Assembly (NCBI GenBank): GCA_020849375.1
Contig: JADLGJ010000006.1
Span: 1 to 49,991, forward strand
Direction of reading: 5' to 3'
DNA from: Candidatus Omnitrophota bacterium
GTDB lineage: Bacteria; Omnitrophota; Gorgyraeia; Zapsychrales; JANLHA01
Length of the DNA stretch: 49,991 nt
In this document: positions 33,432 through 42,270 of the stretch, piece by piece
Layout: each line of letters starts with the position of its first letter
Position numbering within the stretch: position 1 is the first letter of the stretch
Translations under genes and position numbers: made by a program
The notes under the pieces: generated by a model
What the model was told of the DNA's origin: nothing
The model's input: the letters and a program-made list of their open reading frames with translations, nothing else
The model's database searches: none

Positions 33432-34124
33432 ATGGTCGATATTGATAAAGATCTAAAGCGTAAGAAAAAAATCCTGCCGGTCGTTAAAGGCAAAGAACGC
33501 TCTGATGTTCCTGTTGATGAAGCGTTAGCGGCAACAGAAGAAGGCGTTGCTGCTCCTGTTGAAGAACAAGGTGGTGGCCGCAACAAGCGTGATACCGGAC
33601 GCCGTCCGCCGCGCCGCCGTGAAGCGGAAGCCTCAGAGTTCGTTGAAAAAGTTTTGGCGATCAAGCGCGTTACGAAAGTTACCAAGGGTGGTAAGAAGAT
33701 CGCTTTCAGTGCGCTGGTCGTCGTTGGTAATGAACAAGGGAAAGTCGGTTTCGCGATCGAAAAAGCCGGCGAAGTTGCTTCGGCGATCAAGAAGTCCCTT
33801 GGTAAGGCCAAAAAAAGCATGGTGCTTATTCACTTAAAGGGAACAACGATCCCGCACGAGATCATCGGCCGTTGTGGTGCCGCGCAAGTCCTTTTAAAGC
33901 CTGCCGGTGATGGTACCGGTGTTATCGCTTCTGGTGCGATCCGTGCTGTTTGTGACGGGGCTGGGATCCGCAATATTTTAACGAAGTGCCACCGTTCCAA
34001 CAATCCTTTGAACGTTGTCAAAGCAACATTCGATGGTTTAATGCGTCTTAAAAGATTTAATCAATCCACCGCTCAGGAAAATGTCGCTGCAGTTGCTGCC
34101 GTTCCTGATGCAGGTCAAGCATAA
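33432..34124 (+). CDS. rpsE: 30S ribosomal protein S5 with a roughly 60-aa basic/acidic N-terminal extension
   Basis: 230 aa. The conserved core starts near residue 70 (FVEKVLAIKRVTKVTKGGKKIAFSALVVVGN..GKVGF...KA.EV). The GTGVIASGAIRAV block is present. No alternative in-frame ATG exists before the core. Confidence 0.93.
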   Translation: MVDIDKDLKRKKKILPVVKGKERSDVPVDEALAATEEGVAAPVEEQGGGRNKRDTGRRPPRRREAEASEFVEKVLAIKRVTKVTKGGKKIAFSALVVVGNEQGKVGFAIEKAGEVASAIKKSLGKAKKSMVLIHLKGTTIPHEIIGRCGAAQVLLKPAGDGTGVIASGAIRAVCDGAGIRNILTKCHRSNNPLNVVKATFDGLMRLKRFNQSTAQENVAAVAAVPDAGQA

Positions 34125-34135
34125 GGAATATTACA

Positions 34136-34624
34136 ATGCAGGCTCATCAAATTCCTAGCCCTAAAGGGTCTCGTAAGCGCCGTTGGATCGTCGGGCGCGG
34201 TAAAGGTTCCGGTTCCGGTAAAACATCCGGCCGCGGACATGGTCGTAACCAAGGTTCACGTTCCGGACGTGGGATCATCCCGCAGTTGGAAGGTGGCCAG
34301 ATGCCGCTTTTGCGCCGGACACCGAAGATCGGTTTCCGTCGTAAGGATCCATTAGTTTATCAAGAAGTTGATCTTACCGCTCTCAGTAAATTCAAGGCCG
34401 GTGCCGTTGTCGACGCTTTGGTGTTGCGTCAAAAAGGTTTGATCGAAAATCCGTACAAGCCGTTCAAGATTTTAGGTGACGGAGAAATGAAGCACGCGTT
34501 AACTGTCCGCGCTTATGCTTTTTCTAAATCAGCAGAAGAAAAGATCACCAAGGCTGGCGGAAAAGCAGAGATCGTTGACAAAAAAGAATTAATCATTGAG
34601 GTTAAAAAAGCCGCCAAGAAATAA
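34136..34624 (+). CDS. rplO: 50S ribosomal protein L15
   Basis: 162 aa. The G.GKTSGRGHGRNQGSRSG......EGGQMPL.RR.PK.GF block is present. Confidence 0.95.
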   Translation: MQAHQIPSPKGSRKRRWIVGRGKGSGSGKTSGRGHGRNQGSRSGRGIIPQLEGGQMPLLRRTPKIGFRRKDPLVYQEVDLTALSKFKAGAVVDALVLRQKGLIENPYKPFKILGDGEMKHALTVRAYAFSKSAEEKITKAGGKAEIVDKKELIIEVKKAAKK

Positions 34625-35983
34625 TTGGCATCATTTCTCATGCTATCTGCTTTTGCAAATTGTTTTCGGATCCCGGAGTTAAGAAACAAAATCCTTTTAA
34701 CACTCGGGATCATTGTTGTCTATCGGCTCGGCTGTTATATCCCGTCACCGGGAGTTAACGGGGCTGTTTTAAATGCTTATTTTGATAAATTGAATTCCGG
34801 TGGTGGCGGTACGCTTTTTGGGATGATGAGTTTGTTTTCGGGACGCGCTTTGGAACGCATGACCATTTTTGCTTTAGGGATCATGCCGTACATTTCCAGC
34901 TCGATCATCATGCAATTGTTAACGGCTGTCATTCCCAGTTTGGAACGTTTGTCGAAAGAAGGGCAAGCCGGTTACCGCAAGATTAATCAGTACACCCGCT
35001 ACGGTACCGTTATTCTTTGCCTTGTGCAATCGTTCTTTATCGCTTTATGGCTGGAAAAACAAGCTTTTGATGGTGCCGCGGTCGTTAACACGCCGGGTTG
35101 GGGTTTTCGTTTCATCACGGTGTTGAGCTTAACGGGCGGAACGGTCTTTCTCATGTGGTTAGGGGAGCAAATTCAAGAACGCGGGATCGGTAATGGGATA
35201 TCGCTTATCATCACCGCCGGTATCTTATCGGCTTTACCATCGGCGATCCATACGATGTTCTTGTTGATGTCGGCTAAAACGATCGGGGCCGCACAATTGC
35301 AACCGTTGACATTAGTGATCATGGTTTTCTTTTTGGTCGGCGTTATTCTGGCGATCACGATGATCTCTCAGGGGCAAAGAAAGATCCCTGTCCAGTATGC
35401 ACGCCGTATTGTGGGTCGTAAAGTTTATGGCGGCCAGAGTACATATATCCCATTGAAAGTTGATACGTCCGGCGTTATTGCGATCATTTTTGCACAGTCG
35501 ATCATTATGTTCCCGGCGACGATCGCGAGTTTCATGCCATTCGCTGGCTTCCAACAATTCGCAGCGCTATTTACGCGCGGAGGATGGGCTTATTATTCGA
35601 TCTACGGTCTTTTGATCGTGTTCTTTTGTTATTTTTATACGGCGATCGTTTTTAATCCGGTAGACGTTGCAGAGAATATGAAAAAGCACGGCGGATTTAT
35701 TCCGGGTATTAAACCTGGTACCCATACGTCAGATTATTTAGATTTTGTTTTCACTCGCATCACATTAGCTGGCGCTTGTTTTATCTGCGCGATCGCTGTT
35801 ATGCCGGATGCGATCATGGCCTCTTTCAAGGTCCCTTATTTAGTTGCTTCCTTTTTCGGTGGGACCGGTATCCTCATCATCGTCGGGGTTATGCTGGACA
35901 CGATGAAGCAAGTGGAATCGCATTTAACCATGCGCCACTATGACGGCTTTTTGAAAACCGGGCAGCTTAGAGGGCGCCGATGA
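34625..35983 (+). CDS. secY: Preprotein translocase subunit SecY
   Basis: 452 aa (TTG start at 34625; ATG at 34640 is an alternative). It is a multi-TM protein with PELRNKILLTLG..VVYRLG..IP.PG, LGIMPYISSSII.QLL and GISLII..GI. Confidence 0.94.
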   Translation: MASFLMLSAFANCFRIPELRNKILLTLGIIVVYRLGCYIPSPGVNGAVLNAYFDKLNSGGGGTLFGMMSLFSGRALERMTIFALGIMPYISSSIIMQLLTAVIPSLERLSKEGQAGYRKINQYTRYGTVILCLVQSFFIALWLEKQAFDGAAVVNTPGWGFRFITVLSLTGGTVFLMWLGEQIQERGIGNGISLIITAGILSALPSAIHTMFLLMSAKTIGAAQLQPLTLVIMVFFLVGVILAITMISQGQRKIPVQYARRIVGRKVYGGQSTYIPLKVDTSGVIAIIFAQSIIMFPATIASFMPFAGFQQFAALFTRGGWAYYSIYGLLIVFFCYFYTAIVFNPVDVAENMKKHGGFIPGIKPGTHTSDYLDFVFTRITLAGACFICAIAVMPDAIMASFKVPYLVASFFGGTGILIIVGVMLDTMKQVESHLTMRHYDGFLKTGQLRGRR

Positions 35984-36666
35984 ACACCATCCTTTTAGGG
36001 CCTCCGGGAGCAGGTAAGGGAACCCTCGCCGCAATGCTGAAAGATAATTTTGGTTTGCTGCACATTTCCACCGGTGATCTTTTACGGGATGAAATGAAGG
36101 GCGGAACGGAATTGGGCAAGACGATCAAGAAGTATGTCGAGAGCGGTGAACTCGTTCCCGACCAAGTCGTCATTGCAATGATCGAAAAGAAATTGAGCGA
36201 GAAAAATTCCGGGAGTAAGGGGTACATGTTGGATGGTTTCCCTCGCACGACGGTTCAAGCTCAGGATCTCGACAAAATTTTGACAAAGATCGGCCAGCCG
36301 ATCGATTATGCTCTTTATATGGAAGCGAGCCTTCCGGTCATTTTACAGCGATTGACCGGCCGGCGTGTTTGCCGCAAATGCGGTGCGATTGTGCATATTA
36401 AAAACCGTCCTTCGAAAGTCGCTGGTGTTTGCGATGTCTGCGGTGGCGAGCTTTATCAGCGCCCTGATGATACCGAAGAGACGATCAAGAACCGTATGCA
36501 TGTTTACGCAGAGAAGACAGCGCCGATCGTTGATTACTATGCTAAGCAGGGTAAGTTAGAAACACTTTCCGGCGATGAAGAAACAGAAGACCTTTTAAAA
36601 ATCGTAGCAAAAATTTTTAATGACGGCCAGCGAACAGATAAAATTAAAGGCTCCACAGGACATTAA
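35980..36666 (+). CDS. adk: Adenylate kinase (zinc-lid type)
   Basis: 228 aa. The P-loop GPPGAGKGT and the lid CRKCG......CDVCGGEL are present. The ATGA overlaps the secY stop. The C-terminal tail runs 47 nt into map. Confidence 0.94.
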   Translation: MNTILLGPPGAGKGTLAAMLKDNFGLLHISTGDLLRDEMKGGTELGKTIKKYVESGELVPDQVVIAMIEKKLSEKNSGSKGYMLDGFPRTTVQAQDLDKILTKIGQPIDYALYMEASLPVILQRLTGRRVCRKCGAIVHIKNRPSKVAGVCDVCGGELYQRPDDTEETIKNRMHVYAEKTAPIVDYYAKQGKLETLSGDEETEDLLKIVAKIFNDGQRTDKIKGSTGH

Positions 36667-37378
36667 GATACTAAAGAAGGCGGGACGGATCCTGTCTTCG
36701 ATCGTGAAGGAAACATCACGTTCTTTAAAATCAGGAATGACAACCCGGCAGCTCGATGCGATCGCTGAAAAGTTGATCAACGAGCATGACGTGACCCCGG
36801 CATTCAAGGGGTATCGCGGTTTTCCGGCCTGTTGCTGTATCTCGGTCAACGAAGAAGTTGTTCATGGGATCCCCGGCGACAAAGTGATCCGTGAAGGTGA
36901 TATTGTTAGTATCGACGTCGGGATCATTTATCAGGAATTTTATTCCGATACTGCTGTTACCGTCGGGGTAGGGAAAATCAATTCGAAGCTTCAGCAGCTT
37001 TTGGAAGTCACGCGCCAATCGCTTTATGAAGGGATCAAGCAGGCCAAGCCCGGCAATCATTTGGGCGATGTGTCTCACGCGATCCAGAAATATGTCGAAG
37101 ACCGGAAGTTTTCCATCGTGCGCGATTTTGTTGGGCATGGGATTGGAAAGAACCTTCATGAAGCACCGGAAATCCCGAATTTTGGTTCACCTCATACGGG
37201 CCCGATCTTAAAAGAAGGAATGGTCATCGCGATCGAACCGATGGTCAACGTCGGGACTTGGCAGACACGGATCTGTCAGGATGGTTGGACGGTCGTGACG
37301 GCGGATGGACAGCCTTCAGCACATTTTGAACACAGTTTAGCAATTACAGCGGATGGACCGCTGATCTTGACAGAATAA
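36620..37378 (+). CDS. map: Methionine aminopeptidase, type I
   Basis: 252 aa. The metal-ligand blocks FKGYRGFP...C.SVNE.V.HGIP, DIVSIDVG, GHGIG...HE.P and EPM are present. Confidence 0.94.
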   Translation: MTASEQIKLKAPQDIKILKKAGRILSSIVKETSRSLKSGMTTRQLDAIAEKLINEHDVTPAFKGYRGFPACCCISVNEEVVHGIPGDKVIREGDIVSIDVGIIYQEFYSDTAVTVGVGKINSKLQQLLEVTRQSLYEGIKQAKPGNHLGDVSHAIQKYVEDRKFSIVRDFVGHGIGKNLHEAPEIPNFGSPHTGPILKEGMVIAIEPMVNVGTWQTRICQDGWTVVTADGQPSAHFEHSLAITADGPLILTE

Positions 37379-37381
37379 ATT

Positions 37382-37600
37382 ATGGCAAAAGAAGATTCAA
37401 TCGAAGTTGAAGGTGTCATTGACGAAGCGTTGCCCAACGCCCAGTTTAAGGTCAAACTTGACAATGGGCATATGGTTTTAGCGCATCTCGCAGGAAAAAT
37501 GCGGATGCATTTTATCCGGATCATTCCGGGGGATCGGGTTAAGGTCGAGTTATCACCTTACGATTTATCACGCGGCCGAATAACATACAGGTGTAAATAA
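37382..37600 (+). CDS. infA: Translation initiation factor IF-1
   Basis: 72 aa. The KED.IEVEG.V.E.LPNA.F.V.L.NGH..LAH..GKMR...[21 protein letters not shown] pattern is present. Confidence 0.96.
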   Translation: MAKEDSIEVEGVIDEALPNAQFKVKLDNGHMVLAHLAGKMRMHFIRIIPGDRVKVELSPYDLSRGRITYRCK

Positions 37601-37601
37601 A

Positions 37602-37715
37602 ATGAAAGTTAAATCATCAGTTAAGAGAATTTGCAACAAATGCAAGATCGTCCGCCGCGAAAACATCGTGCGCGTCATCTGCACAAACCCTAAGCATAAA
37701 CAGCGTCAGGGATAA
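37602..37715 (+). CDS. rpmJ: 50S ribosomal protein L36
   Basis: Not in the ORF track (37 aa). Read from DNA: [37 protein letters not shown]. The position between infA and rpsM is canonical. Confidence 0.92.
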   Translation: MKVKSSVKRICNKCKIVRRENIVRVICTNPKHKQRQG

Positions 37716-37751
37716 TTGAAGTATAGCCATTAATTGTAAAAGGAAAACGAT

Positions 37752-38144
37752 ATGCCAAGAATTTTAGGTGTTGATCTTCCCCGGGAGAAAAGAATTGATG
37801 CGGCATTACCGTATCTTTATGGAATCGGTCGTGTGACCGCAAAAAAAGTTCTTGCGGATGCCAAGATCGATCCAAGCCGTCGGGCAAAAGATTTAACTGA
37901 CGAAGAAATTGCCAAGCTCACTGGTATCATTCAGAACAACTATATCATTGAAGGCGATCTCCGCCGTGATGTGAACCAGAACATCCGTCGTCATATGGAT
38001 ATGGGCAGCTACCGTGGTGTCCGTCACCGCAAAGGGCTTCCGGTTCGTGGACAACGCACCAAGACCAACGCGCGGACCCGTAAAGGTAAAAAACCAATCA
38101 TCCAGGCTAAGAGCTCTGCTCCGGCCGCACCGGGAAAGAAATAA
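37752..38144 (+). CDS. rpsM: 30S ribosomal protein S13
   Basis: 130 aa. ARI.GVDLP..KR...AL.YIYGIG (here [26 protein letters not shown]) and [22 protein letters not shown] are present. Confidence 0.96.
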   Translation: MPRILGVDLPREKRIDAALPYLYGIGRVTAKKVLADAKIDPSRRAKDLTDEEIAKLTGIIQNNYIIEGDLRRDVNQNIRRHMDMGSYRGVRHRKGLPVRGQRTKTNARTRKGKKPIIQAKSSAPAAPGKK

Positions 38145-38159
38145 TCTTTAAGGACAGAT

Positions 38160-38579
38160 ATGAATAAAAAACCAGAAGAATCAGCAGCAGTTGTAAAAAA
38201 AGACAAAAAAGCCAAAAAGAAAAATCTTAAAGGCGTCACGTCCGGCATCGTGCATATTCAAGCGACCTTTAATAATACGATCGTCAGCATTGCTGATCGT
38301 CAGGGCAACGTCATTTCCTGGGGAAGCCCGGGGACGGTTGGTTTCAGCGGTTCGAAAAAATCGACACCGTTCGCCGCGCAAGTTGCCGCAAGTGCTGCCG
38401 CTAAGCAAGCGAAAGATTTTGGAATTCAAAGTGTAGATATTTATGTGAAGGGTCCGGGATCCGGCCGCGAGTCTGCGATTCGTGCCATTCAAGCCGCGGG
38501 AATTATGGTCACCTCGATTCGCGACGTTACACCGATGCCTCATAACGGTTGCCGCCCCCGGAAAAAACGCAGAGTTTAA
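38160..38579 (+). CDS. rpsK: 30S ribosomal protein S11
   Basis: 139 aa. [31 protein letters not shown] and the [14 protein letters not shown] end are present. Confidence 0.96.
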   Translation: MNKKPEESAAVVKKDKKAKKKNLKGVTSGIVHIQATFNNTIVSIADRQGNVISWGSPGTVGFSGSKKSTPFAAQVAASAAAKQAKDFGIQSVDIYVKGPGSGRESAIRAIQAAGIMVTSIRDVTPMPHNGCRPRKKRRV

Positions 38580-38627
38580 CCCGTAGGGTTAAATCTATAG
38601 GATTTAAGACGAAAGGAAACACAAGGT

Positions 38628-39263
38628 ATGGCAAGGGATACAGGATCAAGTTGCAGATTATGCCGGCGAGAAGGCGAGAAGCTCTTTTTGAAAGGGACTC
38701 GCTGCTACACCCATCGTTGTGCTATTGAACGCCGGGATTACGCTCCGGGTGACCATGGTGCTAAGAGAGCTAGCAAGCTTTCTAACTTTGGTATCCAGAT
38801 GCGTGAAAAACAAAAGCTCAAGAGAATTTACGGGCTTTTGGAAAAACAATTCCGTCTTTATTTCGCCAGCGCGGTGCAGAGCAAAGGGGTTACCGGTACG
38901 GTGCTTTTGCAACTTTTAGAACGCCGCCTCGATAACGTTATTTACCGCCTCGGTTTCGCGACGTCGCGTAAAGCGGCCCGTCAGATCGTCAGTCACGGAT
39001 TTGTTATGATCAACGATAAGCCGGTCAATATTTCTTCGGTCTTGGTCAAACAGAATGATGAGATCTCTTTGCGATTCGGTTCCGACCAAAAGGGCCAAAA
39101 AATGGTCGAAGCGAATTTCGAAGCTTCTAAAGCCAGAACAGCCCCGGCGTGGTTAACCGCTGAGATCAATCACTTTAAGGGCAAGATCCTTCGCCTTCCG
39201 GAACGGGATGATATTAATTTCCCGATCAATGAGCAATTAATCGTCGAACTTTATTCAAGATAA
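38628..39263 (+). CDS. rpsD: 30S ribosomal protein S4 (Cys-cluster form)
   Basis: 211 aa. An N-terminal CRLCRREG...FLKG.RC....C Zn-ribbon-like cluster, LERRLDNVIYRLGFA.SR..ARQ.V.HG and the S4 domain are present. Confidence 0.95.
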   Translation: MARDTGSSCRLCRREGEKLFLKGTRCYTHRCAIERRDYAPGDHGAKRASKLSNFGIQMREKQKLKRIYGLLEKQFRLYFASAVQSKGVTGTVLLQLLERRLDNVIYRLGFATSRKAARQIVSHGFVMINDKPVNISSVLVKQNDEISLRFGSDQKGQKMVEANFEASKARTAPAWLTAEINHFKGKILRLPERDDINFPINEQLIVELYSR

Positions 39264-39278
39264 AACCAGGAGGAATAC

Positions 39279-40292
39279 ATGGGCGTAAAATGGCGCGATT
39301 TTCAAATGCCAAAAAGGCTAGACTGTGATGAATCCAGTTATACGAGCCATTATGGGAAATTCATTGCTGAACCGTTCGAACGCGGTTATGGTGTGACCTT
39401 AGGGAATTCTTTACGCCGTATCCTTTTGTCGTCCATTGAAGGCAGTGCCGTGACTTCGGTCCACATCGAAGGTGTCGATCATGAATTCTCGACGATCCCC
39501 GGTGTTATGGAGCCTGTCACTGATATCATTTTGAATATCAAGGGCATTGTTTTGCGTTCACATTCACGCGTCGCAAAAACGATCTATATCAAAGCCGATA
39601 AAAAAGGCGAGATCCGCGCAAAGAATATCATCTGTGACGAAACGGTCGAGATCGTTAATCCCGATCACGTCATCGCGACGTTAACACAGGATATTTCTTT
39701 CAACGCCGAGTTGGAAGTCGCTAAAGGCCGTGGATACGTTCCTGCCGAAGCGAATAAAAAAGATACACTTCCCGTCGGTGCGATCGCGATCGATTCGATC
39801 TTCACCCCGATCGTTAAGGTGAATTATCTCGTCGAAAATACTCGCGTCGGACAACGCACGGATTATGACCGCCTGATCCTCGAGATCGAAACCAACGGCG
39901 CCATTTCTCCGAAAGAAGCTCTTCTTTACGCTGCCAACATCCAGCAGCGTCACTTGGACGTGTTCGTTTCTTACGGCCAGCTTCCTGAAGAAGAAGAGGA
40001 AGAAGAAGAAATTTCTGCCGAAGAAGAAGCGGTTTATGAAAAGCTTCGCCTTCCAGTCTCGGAATTGGAATTGTCCGTCCGCAGTGCGAACTGCCTGAAA
40101 GATGCCAATATCCGCACGATCGCTGACTTGGTTAAAAAAGCTGAATCTGAATTGTTAGGTTTCCGTAATTTCGGAAAGAAATCCTTAACTGAGATCAATG
40201 AATTGCTCGTCGTCATGGGCTTGCATCTTGGCATGAAGGTTGACCCCAAGAAGCTCAAGAGAGTCGAGCAGCAACAATCGCAAGCTCAATAA
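39279..40292 (+). CDS. rpoA: DNA-directed RNA polymerase subunit alpha
   Basis: 337 aa. An NTD (GNSLRRILLSSIEG.AVTSV.I.GV.HEFSTIPGV.E) and a CTD (LELSVRSANCLK.ANI.TI.DLV) are present, joined by an acidic E-rich linker. Confidence 0.96.
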   Translation: MGVKWRDFQMPKRLDCDESSYTSHYGKFIAEPFERGYGVTLGNSLRRILLSSIEGSAVTSVHIEGVDHEFSTIPGVMEPVTDIILNIKGIVLRSHSRVAKTIYIKADKKGEIRAKNIICDETVEIVNPDHVIATLTQDISFNAELEVAKGRGYVPAEANKKDTLPVGAIAIDSIFTPIVKVNYLVENTRVGQRTDYDRLILEIETNGAISPKEALLYAANIQQRHLDVFVSYGQLPEEEEEEEEISAEEEAVYEKLRLPVSELELSVRSANCLKDANIRTIADLVKKAESELLGFRNFGKKSLTEINELLVVMGLHLGMKVDPKKLKRVEQQQSQAQ

Positions 40293-40318
40293 TTAGTTTT
40301 TACATATAGGATGATGAT

Positions 40319-40873
40319 ATGAGACATGGTATAGCCGGAAATAAATTATCGAGAAACAGAAGCTTACGCAAAGCCACGATGCGTGATATTGCTAAAGCGA
40401 CCTTGATCCGCCAGCGGATCACGACAACGATAGCGATCGCGAAAGAAGGCCGTAAGGTTGTTGACCGATTGATAACGATGGGCAAAAAAGGAACGTTGCT
40501 TGAAAAGCGTAAAGCGTTCGCTTTGCTCTGCGACCATCAACTCGTGAGCGAGCTTTTTGAAAATATCGCTCCGCGTTTTAAAACCCGTCAAGGCGGCTAT
40601 ACCCGGATCATCCAAATGAATAATCGTCGTGGCGATAATGCCAGTATGGTTCTTTTGGAATTGACCGAAAAATCTGAAGCCCCGTTGAATAAGCCGAAGG
40701 TCGAGAAAGTTGCCAAGTCGAAAGTTGTCGACGTGGAAGCTCAGGCGGAAGGCCAAGAAGAAAAGAAACAGCCTAAAAAGCATGTTCCTCCTCCGACGGA
40801 AGATAAAGGCAAGAAAAAGCCGCAAGGCAGTATTATCAAAAAAATGTTCCAGAGAAAAGTCGGCGGGGAATAA
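40319..40873 (+). CDS. rplQ: 50S ribosomal protein L17 with a Lys/Glu-rich C-terminal extension
   Basis: 184 aa. MRHG..GNKLSRN.S.R.A..R and GGYTRI are present. The last roughly 60 aa are low-complexity and basic. Confidence 0.94.
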   Translation: MRHGIAGNKLSRNRSLRKATMRDIAKATLIRQRITTTIAIAKEGRKVVDRLITMGKKGTLLEKRKAFALLCDHQLVSELFENIAPRFKTRQGGYTRIIQMNNRRGDNASMVLLELTEKSEAPLNKPKVEKVAKSKVVDVEAQAEGQEEKKQPKKHVPPPTEDKGKKKPQGSIIKKMFQRKVGGE

Positions 40874-40897
40874 GCGCTCCGCGATAGGCCGATCCTA

Positions 40898-42088
40898 ATG
40901 GGAAATCCTGCTCTCAAGATTAACCGTCGTATCAAAGAAGTCCTGGGCTCAACAACGTTGGCGATCACTGCCCGCGCGAAAGAGCTTCAAGCTAAAGGTA
41001 TTGATGTTGTCAATTTCGGGGCAGGTGAGCCGGATTTTGACACTCCAGATAGTATTAAAAAAGCCGCCGTCAAAGCTATTGACGGCGGTTTTACTAAGTA
41101 CACGCCTTCCACCGGCACGGTCGAATTACGTAAGGCCATCGCCGCAAAATTCAAAAAAGATAACAATCTCGAATACAGCCCTAACCAGATCGCTGTTTCC
41201 TGTGGGGCGAAGCATGCTATTTATAATCTGATCCAAGTCCTCGTTGACGACGGTGATGAAGTGTTGATCCCAACGCCGTATTGGGTCAGCTATCCGGAAA
41301 TGGTCAAGATCGCCGGCGGGGTCAGCAAGTTTATTCACACAAGCTGGGATACCGGTTTTAAATTAACGCCCGCGTTGCTGGAAAAAAGTATCACGGCACG
41401 TTCGAAGGTTTTATTCGTCAATTCTCCTTCGAACCCGACGGGTGTTGTTTATACGAAAGCAGAACTGCAGGCCATCGCTAACATCTGCGTTAAGCACCAT
41501 ATTTACATTATCAGCGACGAGATCTACGAAAAACTGATCTACGATTCTTCGGAATATACTTCGACCGCTTCCTTGGGTAAAGATGTTTATGACCTGACGT
41601 TCACGGTTAACGGTGTTTCAAAGGCTTATTCCATGACGGGGTGGCGCATCGGTTATGCCGCAGGCCCGCAAGAGATCATGGACGTTGTTAAAAACTTTCA
41701 AGACCACTCGACCTCGAACCCGACCTCGATCAGCCAGGCCGCGGCCCTTGCCGCCCTTGAGCTTCCTGAAGACTCTATCGTCGCGATGCGTGAAGTCTTC
41801 AAAAAGCGCCGCGAATTGATGATGTCATTGGTCAGCGAAATTCCAGAGATCCGCTATATCCGTCCGGACGGTGCTTTTTATCTTTTCTGTGATATTTCCA
41901 AGCTCGGCGATTCCGACGTGATCGCGAAAAAGATCCTTGATGAAGTCAATGTTGCTTTGATCCCGGGTTCCGGTTTCGGTGCCCCGGATTTTGTCCGCCT
42001 CAGCTTTGCCACCTCTGATGAACGTATCCGCGAAGGTATCAAACGCATCGGGCAATGGATCAAAAACCAGCCTCTTGTAGCCGCATAA
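40898..42088 (+). CDS. Pyridoxal-phosphate-dependent aminotransferase, class I (aspartate aminotransferase-like)
   Basis: 396 aa. GEPDFDTP, NSPSNPTG and the PLP-lysine block VNGVSKAYSMTGWRIGY are present. Confidence 0.85.
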   Translation: MGNPALKINRRIKEVLGSTTLAITARAKELQAKGIDVVNFGAGEPDFDTPDSIKKAAVKAIDGGFTKYTPSTGTVELRKAIAAKFKKDNNLEYSPNQIAVSCGAKHAIYNLIQVLVDDGDEVLIPTPYWVSYPEMVKIAGGVSKFIHTSWDTGFKLTPALLEKSITARSKVLFVNSPSNPTGVVYTKAELQAIANICVKHHIYIISDEIYEKLIYDSSEYTSTASLGKDVYDLTFTVNGVSKAYSMTGWRIGYAAGPQEIMDVVKNFQDHSTSNPTSISQAAALAALELPEDSIVAMREVFKKRRELMMSLVSEIPEIRYIRPDGAFYLFCDISKLGDSDVIAKKILDEVNVALIPGSGFGAPDFVRLSFATSDERIREGIKRIGQWIKNQPLVAA

Positions 42089-42270
42089 TCCCGACAATCT
42101 TTTTCCTCGTATGCCCTTGACTTTAGGCAGTTTATAGACTATTTTTGATGCGGGTCTACTTGAAGGCTTTATTAACCAGTTCTTTTACTTCTTGATCCTT
42201 CGCTTCTATGCAGAAGCTCAGGATTGTTATTTAAACAAGGAAGCAAAAGAAAAAAGAGGTTTAAATAACA

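Noticed and set aside
39987-40028. A GAA/GAG-rich microsatellite-like tract (GAAGAAGAAGAGGAAGAAGAAGAA...GAAGAAGAA).
   Set aside because: It is in frame within rpoA and encodes EEEEEEEEISAEEE at the position of the flexible linker between the alpha NTD and CTD. It is a compositional feature of the protein, not an independent repeat element.
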